Assembly (NCBI GenBank): GCA_034717975.1
Contig: JAYEMF010000085.1
Location: 1-40,089, forward strand
DNA length: 40,089 nt
Source: Campylobacterota bacterium
GTDB taxonomy: Bacteria > Campylobacterota > Campylobacteria > Campylobacterales > Sulfurimonadaceae
Direction of reading: 5' to 3'
The position numbers and the translations under genes were made by a program. Shown one piece after another: positions 9,045 to 19,131 of the stretch (positions are counted from its first letter, which is position 1; each line of letters opens with the position of its first letter). The notes under the pieces are model-generated. The model saw nothing but the letters and a program-made list of their open reading frames with translations. It had not been told where the DNA came from and searched no databases.

Positions 9045-9079
9045 GTATCAAAACAATGACAAGACACAAGGACTAATAA

Positions 9080-10999
9080 ATGAGTAATGATATGCGCCAG
9101 AAAATGGCTGATTCTATCCGCTTTTTGGCGGCAGACATGGTTCAGGCAGCCAATTCCGGCCACCCGGGTGCACCAATGGGACTGGCAGATATCGCTGTTG
9201 TATTGGGTGAGCATCTCTCTCACAATCCGAAAAATCCAAAATGGCTGAATCGCGACCGTCTTGTTTTCTCCGGCGGACACGCTACAGGGTTGATCTACTC
9301 CCTCTATTATCTGTGGGGTTACGGTCTTGAGATCGAAGATCTTAAAAACTTCCGCCAACTGGATTCAAAAACACCGGGTCACCCCGAGTATGGGCATACT
9401 GAAGGTATTGAGATCACGACAGGACCATTGGGTCAGGGTGTCGCGAATGGTGTAGGTTTTGCGATGGCGGCAAAATTCATGGGAGCACAGACCAACTCTG
9501 AAACTGCCAAAGTGATCGATCACCATGTTTATGTCCTGTGTGGCGATGGTGACCTCGAAGAGGGTATCAGCTATGAAGCGTGTTCGATTGCAGGGCACAA
9601 TAAGCTTGATAACCTGATCATGATCTATGATTCAAACCGTATTACCATTGAGGGTTCGACCGATCTGAGTATCTCTGAAGATATTCATAAACGTTTTGAG
9701 TCTCAGGGATGGGATGTTCTCGAGATAGATGGACACGATTTTAATGAGATCAATACGGCGATCAGTGATGCTAAAACAAAGACAAAACCTTGTCTGATCA
9801 TAGCCAATACCGTGATTGCAAAAGGTGCCGACAAGATGGAAGGCAGCCACCACTCTCACGGTGCCCCGCTGGGTGGTGACGAGATCGCGACAGCTAAAAC
9901 AAAAGCCGGATTCGATCCAGGCAAAACCTTCCATGTCGATGAAGATGTGATGGCACGTTTCCGCTGTGCGATAGAAGAGGGTGACCTGGCAGAACGCGAA
10001 TGGAAGCATAGCTTGAAGACACTGCCGTTGATGGAACAGAATGAAGCGCTGGACGCACTGCTGAACCCGGATTTCTCACGTATCCAGTGGCCGCTCTTTG
10101 ACAAAGCCGATGCAACACGCAGCACGAACGGAAAAGTGCTTAATGCGATTGCCAAAGCGATCCCCGGGTTCCTGGGTGGTTCGGCAGATCTCAGCCCGTC
10201 TAACAAGACTGACCTGAAAGATATGGGTGTCTTCCCAAAAGGGAAAAACATCTACTTCGGTATCCGCGAGCATGCGATGGCCTCTATTACCAATGCTATT
10301 GCACTTTACGGACCGTTGATGCCGTTCAGTGCGACCTTCTTTGTCTTCTCGGATTATCTCAAACCGGCAGCCCGTATTGCTGCGTTAAGCGGTATTCAAC
10401 AGTTTTTTGTCTGGACGCATGACAGTATCGGTGTGGGCGAAGATGGACCGACGCACCAGCCGATCGAGCATCTCAGCCAGTTCCGAGCGCTTCCAAACTT
10501 CTATGTCTGGCGTCCGGCGGATGGTAATGAAAACGTCGAAGCGTGGAAAACAGCGCTTGAAATGACAAGTTCGCCATCAGCATTTGTTGCATCTCGCCAA
10601 GGCCTGCCACTGTTACCAGAAGCTTCTGCAGGGAGTGCCGCACAAGGCGGTTACCTGCTTCAAAAAGATGAGAACGCTGTCATTACATTGATGGCGTCTG
10701 GTTCTGAAGTTGGTTTGGCGATGGAAGTCCGCGAGCAGCTTAATGCCAAAGGGGTGCCGGCCAATGTAGTCAGTGTACCTTGTTTCGATCTGCTGATCGA
10801 ACAGGATCAGGCCTATATCGACAGTATCATCATCCCTGGTACGAAAACGGTAGCTATCGAAGCAGCCCGTGGAATGGAGTGGTACCGTTTTGCCGATCAG
10901 CTCATCGGAATGGATAGCTTCGGTGCTTCTGCTCCGGCTGGTCAGCTCTTTGAGAAGTTCGGCTTTAGTGTTGAGGCCATTGTAGAACAGATCAAATAG
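9080..10999 (+). CDS. tkt: Transketolase
   Basis: SGHPGAPMG, GDGDLEEG, THDSIGVGEDGPTHQP motifs. Confidence 0.97.
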   Translation: MSNDMRQKMADSIRFLAADMVQAANSGHPGAPMGLADIAVVLGEHLSHNPKNPKWLNRDRLVFSGGHATGLIYSLYYLWGYGLEIEDLKNFRQLDSKTPGHPEYGHTEGIEITTGPLGQGVANGVGFAMAAKFMGAQTNSETAKVIDHHVYVLCGDGDLEEGISYEACSIAGHNKLDNLIMIYDSNRITIEGSTDLSISEDIHKRFESQGWDVLEIDGHDFNEINTAISDAKTKTKPCLIIANTVIAKGADKMEGSHHSHGAPLGGDEIATAKTKAGFDPGKTFHVDEDVMARFRCAIEEGDLAEREWKHSLKTLPLMEQNEALDALLNPDFSRIQWPLFDKADATRSTNGKVLNAIAKAIPGFLGGSADLSPSNKTDLKDMGVFPKGKNIYFGIREHAMASITNAIALYGPLMPFSATFFVFSDYLKPAARIAALSGIQQFFVWTHDSIGVGEDGPTHQPIEHLSQFRALPNFYVWRPADGNENVEAWKTALEMTSSPSAFVASRQGLPLLPEASAGSAAQGGYLLQKDENAVITLMASGSEVGLAMEVREQLNAKGVPANVVSVPCFDLLIEQDQAYIDSIIIPGTKTVAIEAARGMEWYRFADQLIGMDSFGASAPAGQLFEKFGFSVEAIVEQIK

Positions 11000-11016
11000 T
11001 CTTCCTTTTCACTACT

Positions 11017-11048
11017 GCTCAGGAGATCTCCTGAGCGTTTTATTTTTC
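11017..11048 (+). terminator. Rho-independent terminator after tkt
   Basis: Perfect 20-bp palindrome GCTCAGGAGATCTCCTGAGC followed by a T-rich tract. Confidence 0.75.
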
Positions 11049-11098
11049 ATGACAATCTTCGGTACAATATCTTTCAATACTTACTTTAGGTAGATACC

Positions 11099-12265
11099 AT
11101 GCTCAAGCAATCCCTTATCCATTTTTTCAAACAGGAATCGGCTGTCGGTGTTTTGCTTATTGTTGCCACCTTCTTTGCCATGGTTCTGGCAAATTCTCCA
11201 TATCATACCTATTATGAAAACCTGATGGATACCCATGTTATGGTGATGATTGGAACTTTTCATATTGCAAAGCCTCTGCTACTATGGATCAATGATGGAT
11301 TGATGGCGGTCTTTTTCTTTATGGTAGGGCTTGAGATCAAACGGGAGTTGGTCGAGGGGTCATTGAGCCATCCCTCTCAAATCGTCATCCCTGCACTGGC
11401 CGCGTTAGGTGGTATGGTTGTGCCTGCCTTGATTTACAGCTTGTTCAACTGGGGAGAAGCTGCAGCAATGCAGGGGTGGGCGATTCCCATGGCGACAGAC
11501 ATAGCTTTTGCTCTGGGTGTCCTTTCGCTGCTCGGTCCGCGTGTTCCCGTACAGCTGAAAATCTTCCTATTGGCACTGGCGATCATTGACGACCTTGGTG
11601 CAATTATTGTGATTGCCATTTTTTATACAACCGATATGTCCATGAACTCACTTATGATTGCTGCGCTGATGATTGCTGCTCTTTTCTATATGAACCGTCG
11701 AGGTGTAGTCAATAATACAGCCTATATCCTAGTCGGTCTGATTCTTTGGACTGCCGTATTGAAATCGGGTGTACATGCAACGCTCGCGGGTGTGATTCTT
11801 GGTCTGATGATCCCGATCAAAAATAACTACGCCAGTTTCCATGGGCTGGAACATTCGTTGCATACGCCGGTGAATTTTTTTATTTTGCCGCTCTTCGCCT
11901 TTGCCAATACGGGAATCGCCTTTGGCGGTGTGAGTGCGAAAGATTTTACAGACAGTGTGACCTTGGGGATTACTCTTGGCCTTTTCCTCGGTAAACAGTT
12001 TGGTGTCTTTCTATTTGCTTATCTGGGAATAAAGCTCGGTATCGGAAAGCTTTCCGATGAGATTAAAATGGGTCACCTTTACGGCGTGGCCCTTTTGAGT
12101 GGAATCGGTTTTACGATGAGCCTCTTTATTGGTTCTTTGGCTTTTGAGTGTAGTGGAGGTGTCTGCTTTGACCTGGTGGATGAACGTATGGGTATTCTGA
12201 TTGGCTCACTGCTGTCGGGAGTCGTCGGATACCTTGTATTGAAATGGCAGTTAGGGAAGGCTTGA
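11099..12265 (+). CDS. nhaA: Na+/H+ antiporter NhaA
   Basis: WINDGLMAVFF, GWAIPMATDIAF, LAIIDDLG, SGVHATLAG and GIGFTMS motifs. Confidence 0.97.
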   Translation: MLKQSLIHFFKQESAVGVLLIVATFFAMVLANSPYHTYYENLMDTHVMVMIGTFHIAKPLLLWINDGLMAVFFFMVGLEIKRELVEGSLSHPSQIVIPALAALGGMVVPALIYSLFNWGEAAAMQGWAIPMATDIAFALGVLSLLGPRVPVQLKIFLLALAIIDDLGAIIVIAIFYTTDMSMNSLMIAALMIAALFYMNRRGVVNNTAYILVGLILWTAVLKSGVHATLAGVILGLMIPIKNNYASFHGLEHSLHTPVNFFILPLFAFANTGIAFGGVSAKDFTDSVTLGITLGLFLGKQFGVFLFAYLGIKLGIGKLSDEIKMGHLYGVALLSGIGFTMSLFIGSLAFECSGGVCFDLVDERMGILIGSLLSGVVGYLVLKWQLGKA

Positions 12266-13029
12266 TGAAAGACTCGGAAGCTTACAAAGCTAAAAAAGCA
12301 TTTTTTGATTCACTGATCACGGTCTACGGCCGTAACGTTGTATTGGAAGTCCTGCAGGATGAGACGGTTCCCATCCATAAATTGCATATGGCAAAAAGCA
12401 ACAAGCACGAGGGTGTGATCGAAACGATCCTTGAACTGGCACGAAAACGCGGTATTGAGATCAAGGAACACTCCAAAGAGCAGTTAAGCCGTATCTCTCG
12501 CAATGCCAAGCAGGATCAGGGTGTCGCCGCGGACATTATCGCACCCAATTATAAAAATGCCAATGACTATATTGAGACCTTGCCTGAGTCTTTTAGATTG
12601 TTGGCCCTTGACGGCATCCACAACCCTCAAAACCTCGGAATGATCATTCGTTCGGCAGCAGCCGGCAATATCGATGCGATCCTTTTGCCGAAGAAAAACA
12701 GTGCCAAACTTTCACCGCTTGTGATCAAGGCGAGTGCCGGTACGCTTTTTAAGATCGATATCCTCTACTGTGAGACGTTGGATGAGGTGTTGGAGGATTT
12801 TGCTAAATCGGGGTCTTCTATCTATGGTCTTTCGTCACATGCCAAAGAGAGCTTGCAGGAACTGACCCCTGCGAAGAGGACGATCTTTGTTCTGGGTAAT
12901 GAGAGTGAGGGGGTGAGCAGGGAAGTAGAGGCAATCTGCAACCGATCTGTTTCGATCCCTATGAACCGGGGTGTCGAGTCGCTCAATGTGGCCGTTACGG
13001 CAGCGCTGATCTCTTTTACGACGTCATAA
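12265..13029 (+). CDS. TrmH/SpoU (RlmB-like) RNA 2'-O-methyltransferase
   Basis: DGIHNPQNLGMIIRSA, VLGNESEG and ESLNVAV SPOUT motifs; TGATG overlap with the nhaA stop. Confidence 0.9.
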   Translation: MKDSEAYKAKKAFFDSLITVYGRNVVLEVLQDETVPIHKLHMAKSNKHEGVIETILELARKRGIEIKEHSKEQLSRISRNAKQDQGVAADIIAPNYKNANDYIETLPESFRLLALDGIHNPQNLGMIIRSAAAGNIDAILLPKKNSAKLSPLVIKASAGTLFKIDILYCETLDEVLEDFAKSGSSIYGLSSHAKESLQELTPAKRTIFVLGNESEGVSREVEAICNRSVSIPMNRGVESLNVAVTAALISFTTS

Positions 13030-13336
13030 TCTCATAAGGGCGACGGATCGCTTCGACCACTTCGCCGACACTCATGTGACGGCTCTTTCTCAAAAACTCT
13101 TTCCCGTCTAAAAAGAGCAGTACCGTTGGAATGGCAAAAACGCCAAAATGTGATGAGATCTCCGGTGTTTCAGAAATATCGATGCTGATGATCTGAAACT
13201 GTCCAAAGTTTGTCTCAAAAGCTTCGAGCAGTTTAGGCTTGAGTGCATGACACACGTTGCACGTAGGTGCACTGAAGTAGAGCATCACCGCGAGATCTTC
13301 TTTGATGGTCTGTTCGATGGATTCTAAATTGTTCAT
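13016..13336 (-). CDS. Thioredoxin family protein
   Basis: FSAPTCNVC and FAIPTVLLF motifs. Confidence 0.88.
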   Translation of the reverse strand: MNNLESIEQTIKEDLAVMLYFSAPTCNVCHALKPKLLEAFETNFGQFQIISIDISETPEISSHFGVFAIPTVLLFLDGKEFLRKSRHMSVGEVVEAIRRPYEIMTS

Positions 13337-13343
13337 AGGCTAA

Positions 13344-14072
13344 TTATACGATATCAAAAACGATTTCGGTTCTGTTTTTGATCGTTTTGATCTCATTGAC
13401 CATCACTCCGTCAATTTCCATCTTTCTGAACTCATCAAGCGATTCGATCTGATGGCTGGCAAGATGGCGCAGAACGATGCCCCGATAGGCTTTGGCCCAG
13501 TGGCTGACGACTTTCCCCCCTTTGATAAACTTCAGTGTCATATGGGGTTGGCCGACCTTGTAGAATTTATCGTAATAACCGGCACGCAGATCAAGTACCT
13601 CATGACCTTTCAAGAAGCTGTCGAGTTCACTTTTAAAGGCTTCTGCATAAAATTTATCCGGTGCGATCTCACCGACGCTGTTCCCCTGTTTCACTTTATA
13701 GTTGGCGATCTTGTCGCCGCCCATCACAACACCATAGAGGTTGGAAAAAATAAGGGTATGGTTTTTCAGGTAGGTTTGTGCATCAGATGAAAGGGAGAGG
13801 TAATCGAGATACTCATAAGCGACACCATTGTAGCGCTCGATGGCACTCATCGTCGGTGTACTGAAAAGATCACCAAGATAGGGAGCCGTGTCAGCCTCCT
13901 TTTTAATACCAAAAAGTGCTTTGATCGCTTCGGTATCCCCGGAGGTGACGATGTCGTTATAGCGATTGAGAATAGTTTCGCGGGCAGATAATCCAAACAG
14001 AAGATCGCTTAGCGGCTCTTCTTGACCACCACTATGTTTGCCTTCGGCCGGAGAAAAGAGGATATATAGCAT
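13344..14072 (-). CDS. yaaA: YaaA family peroxide stress protein
   Basis: ILFSPAEGK, AIERYNGVAY, IFSNLYG and VVSHWAKAYRG motifs. Confidence 0.85.
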   Translation of the reverse strand: MLYILFSPAEGKHSGGQEEPLSDLLFGLSARETILNRYNDIVTSGDTEAIKALFGIKKEADTAPYLGDLFSTPTMSAIERYNGVAYEYLDYLSLSSDAQTYLKNHTLIFSNLYGVVMGGDKIANYKVKQGNSVGEIAPDKFYAEAFKSELDSFLKGHEVLDLRAGYYDKFYKVGQPHMTLKFIKGGKVVSHWAKAYRGIVLRHLASHQIESLDEFRKMEIDGVMVNEIKTIKNRTEIVFDIV

Positions 14073-14107
14073 GGGAAATCTTTTTTGCGTAGTCTACATT
14101 AAACTCA

Positions 14108-14116
14108 TGATATAAT
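14108..14116 (+). promoter_or_regulatory. Extended -10 promoter of the cyclase operon
   Basis: TGaTATAAT upstream of the FecR-domain gene. Confidence 0.6.
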
Positions 14117-14143
14117 GGATAAAACTTGAATTTTGGAGTGATA

Positions 14144-14854
14144 ATGCGCTGGATAATGATTGTTTCTTTGCTCTTTTCTATGGTTTTGGCTCTGCCTGTC
14201 GAGACGAAAAGCGTAAATGTCGGTATGGTAAAAAAAGTGAAGGGGACTGTCAAACGATTAGAAGCCGGCGCTATCAAAAAAACAAAGGTCACCTCCGGTG
14301 ATCAGCTTCAAGAGGGTGATATGGTTATGACTTATGGCAGTGCGAGTGCCTTGCTGGAACTTTATGATGGTTCTAATATCGTGCTGGATGAAGGTGCCAT
14401 GATCCAGTTTGCCGGTATGGAAGCGGTTGAACATAGGGAAGGGGCCATCTACTACGATATTATCCAGCGAAATAGCCAAAACAGCTTAAAGATCACTACG
14501 CCATTTGCCATTATCGGGATCAAGGGAACTACTTTTATCGTTAACGCGGATGAGCATCCAAACGTCGCTTTAAAAGAGGGTGTGATCGGCATTGAAAGTC
14601 TAAAAGAGGAGTTTGAACTCCACCGTAAAAAAGTGCTGCATGAGTTTGAACTCTATAAGATGAAAGAACAGGCTGCATTTGAAGAGTATAAAAAGGCACA
14701 GGACGCTCATATTGTCGAGTATGTCAAGGCATTTGAGCTGGAAGCCGGTAATAGTGTCTATTTCGATGACGAACGTGTCGATGAACTTCCGATGGACGAG
14801 GTTCACAAAAAACAGTTTGAATATTTTGAACAGTTGATCCAAGCCTTTGAATGA
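14144..14854 (+). CDS. Secreted FecR-domain protein
   Basis: Signal peptide, L.EGD.V.T...A.L...DGS.I.L and ITTPFAIIGIKGTTF motifs. ATG 14144 follows GGAG. Confidence 0.82.
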   Translation: MRWIMIVSLLFSMVLALPVETKSVNVGMVKKVKGTVKRLEAGAIKKTKVTSGDQLQEGDMVMTYGSASALLELYDGSNIVLDEGAMIQFAGMEAVEHREGAIYYDIIQRNSQNSLKITTPFAIIGIKGTTFIVNADEHPNVALKEGVIGIESLKEEFELHRKKVLHEFELYKMKEQAAFEEYKKAQDAHIVEYVKAFELEAGNSVYFDDERVDELPMDEVHKKQFEYFEQLIQAFE

Positions 14855-16866
14855 AAAAACAGTTCTCTGCTTACATTTTAATCGTTTCCGTTCTTGCCTT
14901 GATCGTCTGGCTCTGGTCAGAAAAGGTCGAGCCTTTCCATAGCTTCTCTTTACGCTTTAACGATGTCAATTTTCATCTTCAGTCGAAAGAGCCGCATCCA
15001 GATATCGTTTTTATTGCCATCGATGAACCGAGTGTCAATCGTTATGGCCGGTGGCCGTGGAGACGTGAGTACGTGGCACAGGGACTTGAACATCTGCAGA
15101 GTGCCAATGTAGTGTTACTCGATATGATTTTTTCAGAGCCGACATCTCCCGAAGAAGATATTTTTCTTGGTGATGCCATTGCCGCACAGCAAAACAGTGT
15201 CTGTGGCTTTTTTCTGCGCCATCGTTCTACTCAGGTGATCTCTGAGCTGCAAAAAGAGTTGCTCTATGACTCTGCACTCGATCTGTTGCAGTCACAGGTA
15301 GTAAAGGCAAAGCGGCCTGCTTTTGTGCATGCGCAGTATGCCGAGATCAACATTGAGAGTATCCTCTCATCGTGTACGATGTCGGGAACCTTTTCAACCC
15401 TGCGTGCCAGTGATCAGCTTTTTCGCTCCTATCCGATTGCCTTCTATTATGGGGAGCATCTCTACCCTTCATTGGCTATGCAGGGACTTAGACTCTATCT
15501 GAACCAGGATATTACCAGAGTTGACGACGATCATGTCGCTATCGGGGAGCATCGTATCGCATTGGATGAGAAGGGCTTTGTGCGGCTTAACTACTATGAA
15601 CCCTCACAGTATCAAACCATCTCCTTTGCCGACCTGATTGAGGGTAAGGTTCCCCAAGAGCAGTTGAAAGATAAGATCGTGATTGTGGGTATTACGGATG
15701 TCGGTGCGAGTGATGTACGTGCCACCCCGATGGGTGCGATGAACGGGCCGCTGCTGCACTACACCTTTATTTCGAATGTGTTAAGCGGTCATCTGATCAA
15801 AGAACCGCGAAACGTGACGTTGGTGCTGATCCTTCTGATGGCACTGTTGCCGATGCTGATGTTCTATCTGAGTAAACGTATCGCTGTGCGTGTAGCGATC
15901 TATGTTGTGACATATCTGATTCTTCATGTGTTGATTCGCTGGTTTTTTATCAATAAGACCATCTATATCGATGCCTTTTTTCCATTGATCGCGTTGCTGT
16001 TGAGTGCTATTGTGATTGAAGTGGGCTCGTTCATCGGACAGGAAGAGCAGGGCCGTTTTATCAAACATGCCTTCTCGAACTATCTTTCACCACAGCTGCT
16101 AAATAAATTGATGGCTTCACCGGAGTCGCTCTCGCTGGGGGGAGAGAAAAAAGAGTTGAGTATCCTTTTCAGTGATATTCGCAGCTTTACCACGATCTCG
16201 GAAGGGATGACACCGCAAGAACTCACCTCAATGATGAACCGCTATTTTACACCGATGACTGCATCGGTACTTGAGTATGGCGGGATGCTGGATAAATATA
16301 TCGGGGATGCAGTGATGGCTTTTTTCAATGCGCCGGTAGATCTGGCAGATCACCCTGATGCGGCGTGCGAATCGGCTTTGGATATGATCGAGCGCCTTGA
16401 TGAACTTAACCAGGTATTCGCCAAAGAGGGGTTGCCGTTTATCGAGATAGGTATCGGGATCAATACGGCTGAGGTTGTCGTGGGCAATATGGGCTCTATC
16501 AGCCGTTTTAACTATACGGTGATTGGTGATGGGGTGAATCTTGCATCGCGTGTCGAAGGGCTGAATAAGACCTACCACTCGCACATTCTGATCACCGAGT
16601 TTACAAAGGCGAAGATAAGTTCCCGTTTTTTGACACGCAAGCTTGAAGCCGTAAAGGTGAAAGGAAAAGCAGAGTCGGTACTGCTGTATGAGCTTATGCG
16701 CGACAGCGAGAGAAATCGTGCTTGTGTAACGGCTTTTGATGCGGCGATGGATGCCTATGAAAAAGGTGATTATATACAAGCAGCAGAAAAATTTGCTATA
16801 GTATCTACAGAATATAATGATCGAACGGCAGATTTGTTCACTCAAAAAGCAAATGAGCACCTTTGA
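14851..16866 (+). CDS. CHASE2-domain class III adenylate cyclase
   Basis: IAIDEPS...GRWPWRR CHASE2 motif, three TM helices, ILFSDIRSFT, DKYIGDAVM and YTVIGDGVNLASRVEG. The K/T specificity residues suggest ATP. Confidence 0.93.
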   Translation: MKKQFSAYILIVSVLALIVWLWSEKVEPFHSFSLRFNDVNFHLQSKEPHPDIVFIAIDEPSVNRYGRWPWRREYVAQGLEHLQSANVVLLDMIFSEPTSPEEDIFLGDAIAAQQNSVCGFFLRHRSTQVISELQKELLYDSALDLLQSQVVKAKRPAFVHAQYAEINIESILSSCTMSGTFSTLRASDQLFRSYPIAFYYGEHLYPSLAMQGLRLYLNQDITRVDDDHVAIGEHRIALDEKGFVRLNYYEPSQYQTISFADLIEGKVPQEQLKDKIVIVGITDVGASDVRATPMGAMNGPLLHYTFISNVLSGHLIKEPRNVTLVLILLMALLPMLMFYLSKRIAVRVAIYVVTYLILHVLIRWFFINKTIYIDAFFPLIALLLSAIVIEVGSFIGQEEQGRFIKHAFSNYLSPQLLNKLMASPESLSLGGEKKELSILFSDIRSFTTISEGMTPQELTSMMNRYFTPMTASVLEYGGMLDKYIGDAVMAFFNAPVDLADHPDAACESALDMIERLDELNQVFAKEGLPFIEIGIGINTAEVVVGNMGSISRFNYTVIGDGVNLASRVEGLNKTYHSHILITEFTKAKISSRFLTRKLEAVKVKGKAESVLLYELMRDSERNRACVTAFDAAMDAYEKGDYIQAAEKFAIVSTEYNDRTADLFTQKANEHL

Positions 16867-16881
16867 AAAAGGAGATAATAA

Positions 16882-18003
16882 ATGTCTAATGTTACGAAAC
16901 CGCAAGAGATGATTGAACTCATCTTCAGTTATATTACACAGATCTCTGCAGAGCGTTCGGCTGAAAACATCTTGATGATGCTGGCCGATATGGGACGTCG
17001 TCTTGTTTATGCTGATCGCTGTACAGTGTGGATGGTCAACCGCAAGAAAGAGACGCTCTGGACAAAAGTAGCACACGGGATTGATCCGATCGAGATACCG
17101 ATGAGTGCCGGTATTGTAGGCAGGTGTGTGCGAGACAAAAAGCATCTGATCATCAATAACGTTTATGCTGATCCGGATTTTCATGGGGAAGTGGATCGCC
17201 AGACCGGATACCTTACGAAAAACATGATGGTCATTCCGATGTTCAACCATGATGGCAACATTATCGGAGCTTTCCAAGTGATCAATAAACTGCCTAAAGA
17301 CGAGGTGTTCGTCCAGGAAGACCTGCGCTACATTATGCTGGCCTCTACCTATGCGGCAGAGACCATTGAGACCTCTTTGCTTCTTGAAGAGATTGATGCA
17401 ACCCAAAAAGAGGTGGTCTATATTATGGGGGTTACCGGTGAGAGCCGCTCCAAGGAGACCGGTAATCATGTCAAACGGGTTGCTGAGTACTCCAGGATTC
17501 TGGCACAGGCATATGGACTTAGCGAGGAGGAGGTCGATACACTTACAGGTGCTTCACCGATGCATGACCTTGGCAAGATCGCCATTCCCGATGCAGTACT
17601 TAACAAACCGGGCCGTTTCAATGAGGCAGAACGCAAGATCATGGATACGCATGCGGAACTTGGCTACAATATTTTGAAAGGGTCAGAGCGTACGCTTTTG
17701 AAAGCTGCCGCCATTGTCTCGTATCAGCACCACGAAAAGTGGGATGGCAGCGGTTACCCTAACAGCTTAAAGGGCGAAGAGATTCATATTTATGGCCGGA
17801 TTACAGCCATCGCTGATGTTTTTGACGCACTGGGGTCGGATCGTGTCTATAAAAAAGCATGGTCGGACGAGAAGATCTTTAATCTCTTTAAAGAGGAGCG
17901 TGGACGCCATTTTGATCCAAAACTGACCGATCTTTTTTTTGAAAACCTGGAGAATTTTTTAGCTGTTCGTGATGAACTGCAAGATGAGTTTATGCATGAA
18001 TGA
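16882..18003 (+). CDS. GAF + HD-GYP phosphodiesterase
   Basis: GAF with NK...F...D motif; HDLGK and HHEKWDGSGYP. Confidence 0.93.
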   Translation: MSNVTKPQEMIELIFSYITQISAERSAENILMMLADMGRRLVYADRCTVWMVNRKKETLWTKVAHGIDPIEIPMSAGIVGRCVRDKKHLIINNVYADPDFHGEVDRQTGYLTKNMMVIPMFNHDGNIIGAFQVINKLPKDEVFVQEDLRYIMLASTYAAETIETSLLLEEIDATQKEVVYIMGVTGESRSKETGNHVKRVAEYSRILAQAYGLSEEEVDTLTGASPMHDLGKIAIPDAVLNKPGRFNEAERKIMDTHAELGYNILKGSERTLLKAAAIVSYQHHEKWDGSGYPNSLKGEEIHIYGRITAIADVFDALGSDRVYKKAWSDEKIFNLFKEERGRHFDPKLTDLFFENLENFLAVRDELQDEFMHE

Positions 18004-18772
18004 GATAACGATTCTCGGAGCCTATGGGACAAAGGGTGAAGAGACTGAAACCAGCTCGTTTTGGGTAGACGCGCATAATGTGATCGATGCGGGCAATCTG
18101 CTTCGTTCACTCAAAGCTGATTCAGCGCAGATAGAGGCGATATGGCTGACCCATTCGCACTTGGATCATATTATAGATATCGCTTACATCCTCGATAGCT
18201 ACTTTGCCGACCGAACCAAACCGCTTAAATTAATGGGTCTGCCGCAGACCCTTGAAGCGATACAGAAGCATTTTTTAAATGATATCATCTGGCCGGATTT
18301 TTCAAAAATTAAATTGATGTATTCCGACGCGATGTCCGTAGAGTATCATCCTATAGAACTTGCCGAGGTCTATCAGCTGGATGAGTCTACTTCTATTGAA
18401 GCGTTTAAAACGGACCATACGGTAGCCAGTTGCGGTTTCATCGTCAGGAGAAGCAGTACGGCACTGCTTATCACGGCAGATACATACGAGCTGGAGAGTG
18501 TATTTGATGCTGTGAAGGTGCACAACGAAATAACTGCAGTGGTAATCGAGTGTTCTTTCCCCAGTTCAATGCGCCATCTTGCACAAGAGAGCAAGCATCT
18601 TACGCCAGAACTCCTGTTTGAGAAGATCAGACCGCTCGATGCAAGCGGCTTGAAGCTATATATCAATCATATCAAACCGCTCTATGAAGATAAAATCAGG
18701 GAAGAGATTGCTCAAAAAAAGGGTATTTGGGAGTGTAAAGTGCTGAAAGATGGAGATAAAATTCTATTTTAG
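17996..18772 (+). CDS. Metallo-beta-lactamase-fold 3',5'-cyclic nucleotide phosphodiesterase (class II-like)
   Basis: IDAG, THSHLDH, FLNDIIWPDF, IECSFP and HLTP motifs. Confidence 0.85.
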   Translation: MNEITILGAYGTKGEETETSSFWVDAHNVIDAGNLLRSLKADSAQIEAIWLTHSHLDHIIDIAYILDSYFADRTKPLKLMGLPQTLEAIQKHFLNDIIWPDFSKIKLMYSDAMSVEYHPIELAEVYQLDESTSIEAFKTDHTVASCGFIVRRSSTALLITADTYELESVFDAVKVHNEITAVVIECSFPSSMRHLAQESKHLTPELLFEKIRPLDASGLKLYINHIKPLYEDKIREEIAQKKGIWECKVLKDGDKILF

Positions 18773-18783
18773 GCCAATAACTC

Positions 18784-18812
18784 TTGACATACAGATCAAA
18801 AATCACTATAAT
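18784..18812 (+). promoter_or_regulatory. Consensus sigma70 promoter of the tRNA-tuf operon
   Basis: TTGACA (18784-89), 17-bp spacer, TATAAT (18807-12). Confidence 0.9.
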
Positions 18813-18829
18813 TCTGGCTCAATTTCGAT

Positions 18830-18906
18830 GCCGACATAGCTCAGTTGGCTAGAGCAGCTGATTTGTAATCAGCAGGCCCGGGGTTCAAATCCTCGTGTCG
18901 GCACCA
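18830..18906 (+). tRNA. tRNA-Thr(TGT)
   Basis: Cloverleaf, anticodon loop TT-TGT-AA, GGTTCAAATCC T-arm, CCA end. Confidence 0.95.
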
Positions 18907-18957
18907 TTGAAATTGGTTTTATTAGAAACAGTGTTAGACCAGAAATAACATGGCTTT

Positions 18958-19043
<86 letters not shown>

Positions 19044-19054
19044 CTATAATAGAC

Positions 19055-19131
<77 letters not shown>

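Noticed and set aside
16228..17469. 413-aa minus-strand ORF
   Set aside because: Antisense shadow of the cyclase and HD-GYP genes with no recognisable motifs.
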